Below, piece after piece: positions 20,815 to 31,326 of a stretch of 64,000 nt of DNA. The DNA comes from an uncultured delta proteobacterium (GTDB lineage Bacteria > Myxococcota_A > Polyangia > Fen-1088). A program made the position numbers and the translations under genes. The notes under the pieces were generated by a model. That model was not told the origin of the DNA. It did not search any database and worked only from the letters and a program-made list of their open reading frames with translations. Each line of letters starts with the position of its first letter. Positions within the stretch are counted from its first letter, which is position 1. The DNA lies in assembly GCA_963767925.1 (NCBI GenBank), contig CAVYGB010000002.1:2112001-2176000 (forward strand). The letters run 5' to 3'.

Positions 20815-21810
20815 TCAGCTCCGTCCCGCGTGCGCTGCGTACCAGGTGAGGGTCGCGCGCAGACCCGCGTCGAGTGCTGTCCGAGCCGTCCAGCCCACTA
20901 GCCGCCGGATCTTCGACACGTCCGGCAGCCGCCGCTCCACGCTGCCGGTCGGCGCCGGACGGATGTCGAGACGCCCCGGCCGCCAGTCCGCCACCCGGAA
21001 GATCGCCTCCGCGAGATCACCGATGCGGGTCTCCTCCGCCGATCCGACGTGTACCGTCTCGGCGCGATCCGCTCCGATGCTGAGGTCGTCCATGAGCAGC
21101 GTCATCGCTTCCACCGCGTCCTCGACAAAACAGAACGATCGCGTCGCGTCCGGGCTCGAAATGGGAAAAGGATCTGTGTGCCGAAGGGCCTTCAGCACGA
21201 GCTCGGGAATCACGTGGTCGAAACCGGCGCGCGGTCCATAAAAATTGTGGGGCCGCACGATGACCGCGGGGAGCCGGTGGCGCTTGGCATAGTGAATGAC
21301 GAAGAGCTCGCCGGTGAGCTTGGTCGCGGCGTAAGACCAGCGGGGATTGTAGGGGTCCTCTACCACCAGCGGGATCTCCTCGGGAGTTGGGATGGGAAGG
21401 TGGTGGAATGCCGAAAGGCCGCCCGCGTAGGCCTCGTTGGAAGACGTGAACATCAGCTTCGGTTTGCGAGGCAGCGTGGCGAGCCAATCGAGGATATTGA
21501 CCGTGGTAAGCGTGTTCGTACGCAGCACGCGTTCTGGCGCCTCGTAGAACCAGCGAGTCCCGTTCACGGCAGCGAGGTGATACACCTGATCGAACTCCCC
21601 ACCCAGGGTTCGGAGCGCAGCTGGATCGGTCAAGTCCAGCCTTCGCAGCTCGATGTTGGGCCGGCTGTCGAGCAGGGACCTGAGGTCGTCGTCCTCGCGG
21701 CCGCGCTCGAGGTTGTCCGCGATGACGATGGACGTCTCGGCGCGCGGGGCCAGCCGCTTGACCAGATGATAGCCGATGAAGCCAGCCCCGCCGGTGATCA
21801 GGACCCTCAT
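20815..21810 (-). CDS. NAD-dependent epimerase/dehydratase
   Basis: VLITGGAGFIG, HLAAVNGT, YAATK (YxxxK), RPHNFYGP. Confidence 0.9.
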   Translation of the reverse strand: MRVLITGGAGFIGYHLVKRLAPRAETSIVIADNLERGREDDDLRSLLDSRPNIELRRLDLTDPAALRTLGGEFDQVYHLAAVNGTRWFYEAPERVLRTNTLTTVNILDWLATLPRKPKLMFTSSNEAYAGGLSAFHHLPIPTPEEIPLVVEDPYNPRWSYAATKLTGELFVIHYAKRHRLPAVIVRPHNFYGPRAGFDHVIPELVLKALRHTDPFPISSPDATRSFCFVEDAVEAMTLLMDDLSIGADRAETVHVGSAEETRIGDLAEAIFRVADWRPGRLDIRPAPTGSVERRLPDVSKIRRLVGWTARTALDAGLRATLTWYAAHAGRS

Positions 21811-22607
21811 CGTGGTCGCATGCCTTCGGGAACCGTGACCTGGAACTTCTTGTTCTCCTCGACGATGGCTTCGAACAGGTTCATGTTCAAGCCCAGCGAG
21901 CGCACCAGCGCGGCGAACGCCGTGGTGTCCTTCGGAAGGCACATGCCCCCAAATCCACGAAATCTATCGTTGCAGTCGAGATAGGCGTCCTCGATGGTGC
22001 TGCGGTGGACGAGGGCGTTCTTTATCGTACCGTAGTCCGCCTTCAAGGTCTTGCAGACTTCGAAGAACTCGTTGGCGAACACGATGCGGAGGGCGTTGAA
22101 AGTGTTGGAGAAGTACTTGGAGAGCTCAGCCTCCGTGGGCGTCAGGCGGAAGAACCGCTTGGGCAAGTGCCCGTGGGCGCGGGCGACGACGTCGTATTCT
22201 TTGTCGCCTCGTGCGCCTATCACGCACACGTCATGGTTGTCGACGAAGTCCGTGTAGGACGCGCGCTCGCGCAGAAACTCGGGACAGAACACCAGGCGAA
22301 GCGAGGGAAACTCACGCATCAGCCGTTCGGTCGTTCCGGGAGTAACAGTGGACTTGATCGCGACCACACCGCGGTACTCCGCCTCGGCAAGACTACGAAC
22401 TGTGTTGACGACCCTGCTGACGTCGCACGAACCATCGTCGGCGCACGGCGACGGCACGCAGACGAACGTCAACTCGGTGCCGAGCACATGCCCCAGCACC
22501 GTGCCCTCGAGCTTGATGTCGAACACGGACACCTCATGCCCGATGCGCTCGAGGCCGTGCCGAACTGCGCTGCCGACCACGCCCAGGCCAACGATGCCGA
22601 TCTTCAT
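21807..22607 (-). CDS. UDP-glucose/GDP-mannose dehydrogenase family, short form lacking C-terminal domain
   Basis: IGIVGLGVVG, IKSTVTPGT, PEFLRE, AELSKYFSN, GFGGMCLPKD. Confidence 0.88.
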   Translation of the reverse strand: MKIGIVGLGVVGSAVRHGLERIGHEVSVFDIKLEGTVLGHVLGTELTFVCVPSPCADDGSCDVSRVVNTVRSLAEAEYRGVVAIKSTVTPGTTERLMREFPSLRLVFCPEFLRERASYTDFVDNHDVCVIGARGDKEYDVVARAHGHLPKRFFRLTPTEAELSKYFSNTFNALRIVFANEFFEVCKTLKADYGTIKNALVHRSTIEDAYLDCNDRFRGFGGMCLPKDTTAFAALVRSLGLNMNLFEAIVEENKKFQVTVPEGMRPR

Positions 22608-22686
22608 GAGCTGCCTTCTCCGTGCTGCTCAGAGTACCCCGAGCCCCGGCGCCTCCTGATGTAGCGATATGCGCCGCCCGAGGCGG

Positions 22687-24036
22687 TCAATGCATCACTG
22701 TTTCGAGGTGTCTGGCGAGGCGCCGGGCGAGCGCCAACACCGTGAATGTCGGGTTGGCGTTGCCCGCCGTAGGAAACACGGAGCTGCCGGCCACGAACAG
22801 GTTGTCCACGCTGACCACCCGGCAGCTCTGGTCCACCACGCCCTCCTCGGGTCGGGCCGCCATGCGGGTAGTCCCCAGCTGATGGCTGGCGTCCCTGAAG
22901 CGGGGCAGCGCCGTGCAGGCCGGTTCCACAGCCGTGTTTCCGAACCGACGCAGCCTCTCCGCGAGCCTCACGGCGAACCTGTCGAACAAGGTCTCGTCGA
23001 GTTGGCGCAGCTGCCAGTCGACCCGTGCGAGGAGGATGTCGAGCTCGTCGCGTTCATCCGACAGTGTGATCCGGCTGTGGCGGTTGGGGAGTTGCTCGAG
23101 GTAGACGTTCAGCTTGTAGCGGCCGGGCGCTGGCAACTCTTTGAGGTGGACACAGTGATTCGGCAGACCTTCACGCTCGAGATCCCTGTGGTCGAGCTCG
23201 AGGCCGACGCCGTGCGGATCCTCGTTATGACGAGACCACTGGAGGATCTCTCGCGGAGGGTCGTCGGGCGAGGAGCATTCGAACCACCCGGCGGACCCTT
23301 TTGGGTGATCCAGGAGGTTCCGGCCCACCCAGCCGTACCCATTCCCGATGCCCGCCGTCAGGCGGCGGCGCGAGTTGAGCAGAATTCGCGCGTTTTCGAT
23401 GGCGCCGCAGGCCAGGACGAACCACCTGGCCCTCACCATCCAGGGGCCTCCCCGCCAGGAACGCACCTCGACGGCCCTCACACGAGGGGCCGGGCCGTCG
23501 AGCACCAGCTCGGCGACGTTGGCCCCGAGCACACGGAAGATGTTGGGCGAGCGCTCGACCAGACGGGTCAGTCGGTCGCGCAGGTCGACTGGGTTTTCCT
23601 CCGTGATGTAGTAGCTGGGAGACAGGCCGGGCGTGGCCGCCAGGTCCAGCATCGAGCCCTGTGGGTGACGGTGCGTGTCCAGCAAGCCTTCGAGCTGCTG
23701 TTCGCTGGCCAGGGCTCGATAATGAGGCTCGAGCTCTTCGTAACCAATCGGCCAACCAGCTTCCTCGAGGCCCGGCTTCGGCCGCAGGTCGAACGGGGTC
23801 AGCACCTTCCACCGCTCGGACCAGATGTTCGCGGTTCCTCCGTATTGCCGTATCCGACACTCCGAGCGAGCCCCGCGAATTTTCCGCTCACCGGCCCCGC
23901 CCAGAGGGACGGGGGCCTCCCGGCTGGTCCACTCCACAGGGAGACCACCGCCGGTGACGCCTTGAAGCACCGGCGCCCAGTCCTCTCGATCCTTGGGGGG
24001 GAGCTTCAGCGCCACCCGCCGCTGGCGCCCGGGCAC
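22687..24036 (-). pseudogene. GMC oxidoreductase, apparently lacking the N-terminal FAD-binding motif
   Basis: YGGTANIW, LACGAIENARILL, HQLGTTRM, FPTAGNANPTFT present; no GxGxxG at the N-terminus. Confidence 0.65.
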
Positions 24037-24051
24037 CGGTGATTCCGGTGA

Positions 24052-24432
24052 TTAAGGGACCCCGTCAGACCGGTGACGACAGGCGGCGTAGTACGCAGCC
24101 ATCAAGGCTGCCGTGCCGGTGCTGAACGTCAAGGCGTGCCGCGCTCCCGTGTGGGCCGCGAACTGGTCTTCGAACATCTTTCCGACGCCGTATCCGGCCC
24201 CGGTGAGCTCGTCACGATCGAGCATGGCGCCGAGCAAGTCCTTCTCCGCCTGCTTCGGCCGGCGCCATCGTTCGGCGGCCTTACGGGGCAAGGCGGGCGC
24301 CCCACCCAGCAGGGCGAGAGTTGCGCATCGGTGCCCCGGACCGACCGTCAGGGCGGCTGGCTCGCCCGCCGAGCTTGGCGGCTCGGCGCCGTGCGTGTCA
24401 GTGGTCTCATTGGACGAGTGCTCGTGCGACAT
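24052..24432 (-). pseudogene. DegT/DnrJ/EryC1/StrS aminotransferase N-terminal fragment
   Basis: LALLGG.P...FEDQFAAHTGARHALTFSTGTAAL, then stop after about 125 aa. Confidence 0.8.
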
Positions 24433-24622
24433 GGTGTAAATCAAGCTCCGGTCGACGGTCGGAAGCTAACATTTGCCCTTTGCGGACGATGGCGCTTCTG
24501 CGGCAGTCGAGCTGCGCAAACCGCGGCAGCTTTCGGGGCAGGTTTGCCAGCGCGTCTGCGGCGCATATGCAGCTTTTTGCCGCGGACCTCGAGGCGCCCA
24601 TCCCTCCGGTTCGCCTGTCAGC

Positions 24623-25708
24623 CTAGGTTCGCTGCTCGAGCCCACTCTCCGCGGGGCGCCGGGCCGACTGGCCTCGCCCCAACCGCCCGAGGATCTCGCT
24701 CACCTGACGAAAAAAAACTCGTTCGGAGAAGTACCTGCGGTAGGCGCTCAGCGCCGCGCGGGTGATTCGCCAGCGCTCCTCTTCGTGAGCGAGATAGAAG
24801 GCGCAGACCTCCTCGAGATCGGAGAAGTCGGGCCGCACCGGCAGATAGGTCTCACCGGGCCGGTAGATGTTCGGCTCGGTGACGAGGTGCTCCATCGAGG
24901 GCTTGACCAGCAATGCTCCTGCCATCACCACCTCGAAGTCCCGGAAGCACACCTCGCCGTAACCCCAGGGAGATAAACAGATCTTCGAGCTCGCCAGCTC
25001 CCTCTGGTACTCCCGGACCGGGAGGACCTGATTGTGGCAGGCCACCTGGAACCTGCCGCTCAGGGCGCCGAGGGTGTCCAGGGCCCGCTGGCGGTGCCGC
25101 CGGTACCAGTGAGTCGGCTCGAGGAAGTCGACCGACATCCGCATGCTGATGTCAATGGGGCGCTCGGCGGCGGGGCGCTCAGCCGTCGGGCCACAGTCGC
25201 GGAGTCGGCCTTGCATGGCGCTGGCGACGCCGAGGTTCCACCCCAGGACGAGCTTGTCCGGAAAGCAATCCGGCACCTCAAAACTGGTGGGCTCGCTCAG
25301 GCCGTCCACACAGTCGACGTAATGAGCGTGGATGCGTTGGCTCGGGTGCGACAAGCGGTAGTCATCGAGGCTTCGAAGCACTTGCTTCTTCACGTACAGG
25401 TCCGCGAAGGCGGCGGCATCCCCATGACACACACCCGCGCTGTCCTGGTCATCGAGGATTACCTTCTGGGTCCCAATTGCCCGGAGCAGCTGACCGAGGA
25501 GATCGGGATGATGGCGGAAGACCTTGGACTGGACGAAGACGATGTCGAATCGATCGAGTGTGAATATGTCGATCTCACCGAGTGTGCGCAGGCTCCGCTC
25601 GGTAAAATGAAAATCATGGAGCTCGACGAGCTCCTCGCGATGGTCGTGAAACGGCTCGATCTGCACACGCGAGGACGCCGAATCGTTGGTGAGGAACAGA
25701 ACTTTCAT
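24623..25708 (-). CDS. Glycosyltransferase (GT1/CgeB-like)
   Basis: SSKICLSPWGYGEVCFRDFEVVMAGALLVKP, YLPVRPDFSDL. Confidence 0.8.
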   Translation of the reverse strand: MKVLFLTNDSASSRVQIEPFHDHREELVELHDFHFTERSLRTLGEIDIFTLDRFDIVFVQSKVFRHHPDLLGQLLRAIGTQKVILDDQDSAGVCHGDAAAFADLYVKKQVLRSLDDYRLSHPSQRIHAHYVDCVDGLSEPTSFEVPDCFPDKLVLGWNLGVASAMQGRLRDCGPTAERPAAERPIDISMRMSVDFLEPTHWYRRHRQRALDTLGALSGRFQVACHNQVLPVREYQRELASSKICLSPWGYGEVCFRDFEVVMAGALLVKPSMEHLVTEPNIYRPGETYLPVRPDFSDLEEVCAFYLAHEEERWRITRAALSAYRRYFSERVFFRQVSEILGRLGRGQSARRPAESGLEQRT

Positions 25709-25930
25709 CGCCTGCCCAACGATATCCGTCGGGCCGACCAGGGGACGCAGCATTTGGCGGCGGGCGATCTGGCGGCTCTTCGCTCGAGGCCTTCGCCTCC
25801 TTTCGGGCCGCATGCCGCAACATTGGGCAGGTGGATGATTGCGGCAGCTGCTAACTTCCGGGAGCTGGATTTTCGCTGAGCTCCTGGCTTTCTCTCTGCA
25901 AGCCCAGGGTTACCGCTGAAAGGGTCCGTA

Positions 25931-26677
25931 ATGGAGACCGAGCTAGCCGCCCCTGTCGACGAGCGTGTGATCGACGAGCGCCTGCATCACATAGCCGACA
26001 TGTTCCGCAGGTATGGTACCTACCGGACGATCCTGAATCCGCGCTCGATCGTGCTCCATCGCCATACCCACTACCACTGGCCCCGCTACCTGGAGCACTG
26101 GCCGCTGGCGGTCTGCTGGGGCCAGTGGGACACTTCCTCCGCGATCGGCGCCCTGGGTGCTACCGGTGCCGCGCTCAGCGAACGACAACGACTCATCCCC
26201 GTCGGCCACCAGGTCGAACCTTTCCGGGAAGAGACGATCGAGCAGTTCCTGGCCGAGCAGGTGCCCCTGCGCGAGACCCGCCGCTACCGCGAGATGATGG
26301 CCCAGCTCGAGCGCCAGGGAACGACGGCTTGGAAGAAGTGCCGCACCCGGGAGGAGATCGAGGCATACCTCCAGCGCGTTCTCGACCTGTGCCGTCGGAT
26401 CCGGACCGACGGCTATTGTACGCGGCCGGAGGGCGCGCCCGGCAAAGAGATCACAGTCCGCATTGGTCGCGACGGCCGCTTCATCAAATGGGGACAGGGA
26501 ACTCACCGCCTCGCGATAGCCCGATTTCTGCAGCTCCGCTCGGTGCCAGTGGTCGTGGACCTGATGCACTGGCAGTGGGCGCGAGCCTGCCTCGCGAGCC
26601 GCCCGCCGGGCACCACCATGCGCCAGGCCGTCGAGGATGAGCTGGCCCAAATCGCCCGCCGGGCGACAGCGGCCTGA
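25931..26677 (+). CDS. Hypothetical ParB/Srx-fold protein, copy 1
   Basis: ITVRIGRDG...GQGTHRLAIARFL...VPVVV (GxHR motif). Confidence 0.65.
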   Translation: METELAAPVDERVIDERLHHIADMFRRYGTYRTILNPRSIVLHRHTHYHWPRYLEHWPLAVCWGQWDTSSAIGALGATGAALSERQRLIPVGHQVEPFREETIEQFLAEQVPLRETRRYREMMAQLERQGTTAWKKCRTREEIEAYLQRVLDLCRRIRTDGYCTRPEGAPGKEITVRIGRDGRFIKWGQGTHRLAIARFLQLRSVPVVVDLMHWQWARACLASRPPGTTMRQAVEDELAQIARRATAA

Positions 26678-26768
26678 ACCCTCACCCTTGCGGTTCTTCG
26701 CTAGCCGGGATTATTCATCAGGGGGCAACGCTGGGGGTCGCGCGGCCACCGGCGCCGTGATCCCGATC

Positions 26769-26858
26769 GTTCCCGTTCCCGTTCCCGTTCCCGTTCCCGT
26801 TCCCGTTCCCGTTCCCGTTCCCGTTCCCGTTCCCGTTCCCGTTCCCGTTCCCGTTCCC
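26769..26858. repeat. Perfect hexamer tandem repeat (GTTCCC)x15
   Basis: Directly visible, 90 bp. Confidence 0.97.
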
Positions 26859-26984
26859 GGACCCGTGCCCGGCTTTTCGGACTGGGGCCCCCGCAATCAG
26901 CGCTGAGGGCGGGGCTGCGCCCCAGGGGCAGGGGGAATAGAGGGCGAGGGGAGTGTGCGCGGTTCAGCCGAAGGGCTGCGGCGA

Positions 26985-27129
26985 TAGCACGAAGCGGACG
27001 TTCGAGCCTTGCTCGGTATGCTCTGCCTTGATCATCATGCGGTAGCCGCGCGGCCAGCGCTTACGGCCCGTTCCCTTGGAGCGATATCGGATGGACTTGA
27101 ATAGGCGGGTCTTCTTGCCCGCGCGCGTT
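26985..27129 (-). mobile_element. IS1380-family transposase internal remnant
   Basis: RLFKSIRYRSK...WPRGYRMMIKAEHTEQGSNVRFVLS resembles IS1380 W..xRxxxKAE...G.NPRFVVT. Confidence 0.65.
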
Positions 27130-27384
27130 GCCGCAACATGGGGCAGCTGGATGATTGCGGCAGCTGCTACCTTCCGGGTGCTGGGTTTTCGCTGAGCTCC
27201 TGGCTTCGGTGAGCTCGGCGCGCGGGAAACGCCCACTGCCGCGCTTCTCCCGCTTGCTGATGACTGCGCCTCCTCTACGCTCTTCCGCGAAAGACGTGCC
27301 CTGGTGCGACGGGGTGCGGACGGGCGCCTGCTACGCCCACCTCTTCGATCTGCAAGCCCAGGGCTACCGCTGAAAGGGTCCGCA

Positions 27385-28110
27385 ATGGAAACCGAACTAG
27401 CCGCCCTTCTCGACGAGCGTGTGATTGACGAGCGCCTGCATCACGTAGCCGACATGTCCCGCACTTATGGTGCATACCGGACGATCGTGAATCCGCGGTC
27501 GATCGTGCTCCGTTCGCGACGCGACACCCACTGGCCCCGCTACGTGAGGCACTGGCCGCTGGCGGTCTGCTGGGGCCAGTGGGACTTGCATGCTACCGGT
27601 GCCGCGCTCAGCCGACGACAACAACTCGTCCCCGTCAGCCACCAGGTCAAACCCATCCGGGAAGAGAGGATCGAGCAGTTCCTGGCCGAGCAGGTGCCCC
27701 TGCGCGAGACCCGCCGCTACCGCGAGATGATGGCCCAGCTCAAGGGCCAGCGAATGACGGGTTCGACGAAGTGGGACACCCCGGAGCAGATCGAGGCATA
27801 CCTAGAGGACGTTCTCGACCTGTGCCGTCGGATCCGGACCGACGGCTATTGCGCGCGGCCAGAGGGCGCGCCCGGTAAAGAGATCACCGTCCGCATTGGT
27901 CGCGACGGCAGCTTCATCAAATGGGGACAGGGAACCCACCGCGTCGCGATCGCCCGATTTCTGCAGCTCCGCTCGGTGCCAGTGGTCGTGGACCTGATGC
28001 ACTGGCAGTGGGCGCGAGCCTGCCTCGCGAGCCGCCCGCCGGGCACCACCATGCGCCAGGCCGTCGAGGATGAGCTGGCCCAAATCGCCCGCCGGGCGAC
28101 GGCGGCCTGA
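27385..28110 (+). CDS. Hypothetical ParB/Srx-fold protein, copy 2
   Basis: Paralog of 25931-26677; GQGTHRVAIAR. Confidence 0.65.
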   Translation: METELAALLDERVIDERLHHVADMSRTYGAYRTIVNPRSIVLRSRRDTHWPRYVRHWPLAVCWGQWDLHATGAALSRRQQLVPVSHQVKPIREERIEQFLAEQVPLRETRRYREMMAQLKGQRMTGSTKWDTPEQIEAYLEDVLDLCRRIRTDGYCARPEGAPGKEITVRIGRDGSFIKWGQGTHRVAIARFLQLRSVPVVVDLMHWQWARACLASRPPGTTMRQAVEDELAQIARRATAA

Positions 28111-28409
28111 ACCCTCACCCTTGCGGTTCTTCGCTAGCGCGGCTCTGTCGCCCGACCCATAGGGGTGGAAGCGGGCATCGCCTTCGGTGGTCCCCAACAG
28201 GATGTCAAGGGGTCGGGGCGTGAAGCAAATGGCGGCATAGCAGCAGGCGCCGGGACGGCCTAACACTGAGGAAATCCTGCCGTGCGCACCGGGACTGGTC
28301 CAACACCGCTGGGAGCGTATGCTTCCGAGCACCCTGGGGTCGGGTGATCACTTCTTCGCGAGGTTCGGATAAATGAATTCGAACTCGCGCCGCTGAAGAG
28401 CGTACTGCG

Positions 28410-29141
28410 ATGAGCGCAGCCAACGAAAGGAAGACCTTTTCAATGCCAACAGCCGCTGCCGTCGTCTCCTTCCCCAAGTCCGGGCGCACCTGGTTGCGCG
28501 TCATGCTGGACCAGCTGGCGGTGCGCTGCGGTTACCACCACGATCAATCGGGCCAAAAAGCGGCGGTTCCTTTTGAGCGCATGAACGTTCCCGGGGCGAA
28601 ATTCAATGGCAGGCGGGTCGTATTCCTGAGTCGGGATCCGCGCGACGCTCTAGTATCGGGCTATTTTCACGTCACCCGGCGGCACCAGGGCTATCAAGAC
28701 GACCTGTCTTCGTTCATTCGGGATTCGCGTCATGGAATCGAGAAGGTCGCCCGGTTCAATCTCGCGTGGCGTATGCGACCACCGGTTGGCTCTCTCGTGC
28801 ACAGGGTGACCTACGAGGAACTCATGGCCGACACGTTTCGAGGGTTGACGGAGATCCTGAAACATCTGGATGTGGAGAGAACTCCGGAGACCATCAGGCA
28901 GGTCGTGTCCGACAACACGTTCGAGAGAATGCGTGCGCGAGAGGCAACCGGGATCTACGCTCCCCGTTACGGCTCGAAATTGATGCCAGGCGACCCGGCG
29001 GATGAGGAGAGCTTCAAAGTGAGAAAGGGCAAGGTAGGTGGTTATCGCGATTACCTGAGCGCGGAGGACGTGAGCTACTGCGACTCGGTCCTTGCTCGCC
29101 TCGGATACTGGGAGGTGGTTGGGCACAGCCGCTCGCGGTGA
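28410..29141 (+). CDS. Sulfotransferase (Sulfotransfer_1-like)
   Basis: VSFPKSGRTW, RDPRDALVS, TYEEL, RKGKVGGY. Confidence 0.9.
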   Translation: MSAANERKTFSMPTAAAVVSFPKSGRTWLRVMLDQLAVRCGYHHDQSGQKAAVPFERMNVPGAKFNGRRVVFLSRDPRDALVSGYFHVTRRHQGYQDDLSSFIRDSRHGIEKVARFNLAWRMRPPVGSLVHRVTYEELMADTFRGLTEILKHLDVERTPETIRQVVSDNTFERMRAREATGIYAPRYGSKLMPGDPADEESFKVRKGKVGGYRDYLSAEDVSYCDSVLARLGYWEVVGHSRSR

Positions 29142-29175
29142 GCGTCAAGATGGTTGTCGCCTTGATCGGGCACGG

Positions 29176-30084
29176 ATGGTGAAATCGGAACAGGGACGAG
29201 GGATCGTGTCCGTCTACTTCAGGGGCCATGAAGGGCGTCTGGGAAACCACCTCGCGCAGTACTGTATCGGCCGCCTCCTGGCATCCGAGCTAGATCGCGA
29301 CCTGGTGAGCGAGAGTAAGCCTGGCTTTCCCAACGTGGGCTGCGTCCTCAAGGGACCGATCGATAGCAGTGTCGGCGGGGAGATCCTGGAGCTCACGGGT
29401 CACCGTCTGGATCTGACGGAGTTGCGGCGTCAGCCGCTCCCCGATCTGCTGGTGATCAAGGGCCACTTTCTTCGTTACGAGAATTTCCACCCATACAAGA
29501 CCGCGATACGCGAATCCTGGTTGGTCAGCGACAGAGCGATCGAGAAGCTGCCCGCGGATGTCTTGACGATACACGTCCGCTCAGGGGACATCTGGAAGAT
29601 CAGCGGCAAGAGAAGGGTTAAAGCCGATTACCCCGCATTGCCCTTCTCGTATTACGAGGAAATCGTGAGCTCCCGTCTGTGGAGCCGGATCCTCGTAGTC
29701 AGCGAAGATGCTGGCGACCCGATGGTGCAGAAGCTGGCGTCCCGTTTCGGCGCGGAGGTACGGTCGGGGAGCCCGCTCGACGATTTCAACCAGCTGCGGG
29801 CCAGCGCCAACCTCGTCTTGTCGGTCAGCACCTTTGCCTGGTGGGCGGGCTGGTTGTCGCACGCCCAACGCATCTATTATCCCGTTGCCGGTCTCTTCGA
29901 TCCCGATCGGCAGCGACTGCGCTCCTTCGAGTGGCAACACGATTTCTGGGTCGGCGACGAGGATCGCTATATCGCCATCCGGCCGCCGGATGTCACCGGC
30001 GACTGGCGAGGCGAGGAAGATGATCGGCAGCGGATGCTCGATTCTCGGGCGCCCTGTCTGTGGAATGTGAAGATGCCATGCTAA
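29176..30084 (+). CDS. GT11 alpha-1,2-fucosyltransferase-like
   Basis: GRLGNHLAQY, IHVRSGD, STFAWWAGWL. Confidence 0.8.
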   Translation: MVKSEQGRGIVSVYFRGHEGRLGNHLAQYCIGRLLASELDRDLVSESKPGFPNVGCVLKGPIDSSVGGEILELTGHRLDLTELRRQPLPDLLVIKGHFLRYENFHPYKTAIRESWLVSDRAIEKLPADVLTIHVRSGDIWKISGKRRVKADYPALPFSYYEEIVSSRLWSRILVVSEDAGDPMVQKLASRFGAEVRSGSPLDDFNQLRASANLVLSVSTFAWWAGWLSHAQRIYYPVAGLFDPDRQRLRSFEWQHDFWVGDEDRYIAIRPPDVTGDWRGEEDDRQRMLDSRAPCLWNVKMPC

Positions 30085-30173
30085 GATGGCACAGAGGCAT
30101 CCCGACGCTCTGTCCTGAGCCTGGAAATCAACTCCCCGCCGCGGCCCGACCACCCGCGGACGCTTTTTCAGGA
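30083..30173 (+). repeat. About 90-bp imperfect direct repeat, second copy at 31324-31415
   Basis: AAGATGGCAC...AATCAACTCCCCGC...CCCGACCACCCGCGGACGCTTTTTCAGGA present at both sites. Confidence 0.9.
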
Positions 30174-30850
30174 GTCCTGAGCCGGGCCGCCTATTTCCGC
30201 GCGTGCGGGGGGAGCGCCGCCGGGCGGTTGCCTCAGAGCGGCCAGGTGCCCGAGTGCACTCACGTGCACGTAGCCCACCATGGCAGGGACCATCTCGAGT
30301 CCCGCGGTGAGGCTGATGGAGAACCGCCGGTTTCCCGTTCCGAGGAAGAGCGTTCCGCCCGGGCCCACGTGTATCACAATGCCGCCCTCCTCGCGAAAGT
30401 TCCCTGGATTGAGCTCCTCCCGAGTCCGTAAACGTCGTTCACGATCGACCGTGAGGTACATCCAATCGTATGTCTGGCACATGCGCAGGGCGGCCTCCGG
30501 GATGTTCAAGCCGCCGCGGATCGATTTGGTCTCGAGGTACTTGAGGATCCTCTGATACATCGACGTGTCTTCCCATTCGCCACCGTTATCCAACGGTGAA
30601 TGCAGGAGGCGACCCTTTTTTTCTGACTCACGGGGATGACGACGCCACCGAACGGGGGAAACTCCGATTCGACAACGGTCCCAGTATCGGCGTGAACCCG
30701 GTGGGCTCTAAAGACCGCGCTGCCGAACCTGATGGCCCTGGTGACCTCGGCTGGCTTGACCCAGATTCGCTCACAACGGAGTGGTGCTTTCTCACCGTAT
30801 TTCTCGCGATTCAGCCGATCCCGACCATGAAATGGGATAACTATTTGCAC
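30168..30850 (-). pseudogene. Frameshifted paralog of the ParB/Srx-like gene at 36860-37543
   Basis: Two frames each match the intact gene; 1-bp loss near 30588 (GATAACGGTG vs GATGAAGGGTG). Confidence 0.88.
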
Positions 30851-30926
30851 GTCGGCTTCCTTGATTGGTGTCGATCGCTCTCTTGATTTCAAGTTCAAGA
30901 TCAGAAGCTCCCGGGTTCCTGGCGCC

Positions 30927-31070
30927 TCAGCGAAAACCCTGCGCCTGCAGCTCGAACAGCTCGGCGTAGCGACAGCGTGCCTTCAACAGGTCTCCGTGGC
31001 TGCCGTTCGCGGCGATCATTCCTTCGCGCACGACCACGATCGGGTCGGCCATGCGGACGCTGGGGAACCG
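30927..31070 (-). pseudogene. 3' remnant of ABC exporter, paralog of 34954-36819
   Basis: Reads RFPSVRMADPIVVVREGMIAANGSHGDLLKARCRYAELFELQAQGFR*. Confidence 0.9.
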
Positions 31071-31326
31071 TATTCCGATTTCAGCGTCCGTGTCCGATCG
31101 TCATCCGTCAAGGTCACTGTGATCGTGAAGTCTACGTCTGGGTGGCGTCGGGCATGCTGCCGCAAACCGCGGCGAGCCGCTCCGGATGCGCTGGGACCAT
31201 CCGGACTTCTCCGACCTGCCGCTGGCGGTCTGGGCGGGTGCGCGACAACGTCCCCAGCTGGTCGGCGCAATTTGCGACTGGGGACAGCGGCGGCGGGCTG
31301 GCAGGATCGCTCGGTTGGTGACGAAG

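Noticed and set aside
26637..26906. ORFs encoding (VP)n or (GT)n
   Set aside because: Translation artefacts of the GTTCCC microsatellite; no RBS or domain
31069..31130. Second IS21-like end (CGTATTCCGAT...)
   Set aside because: Only partial resemblance; lacks the terminal TG and regular repeats
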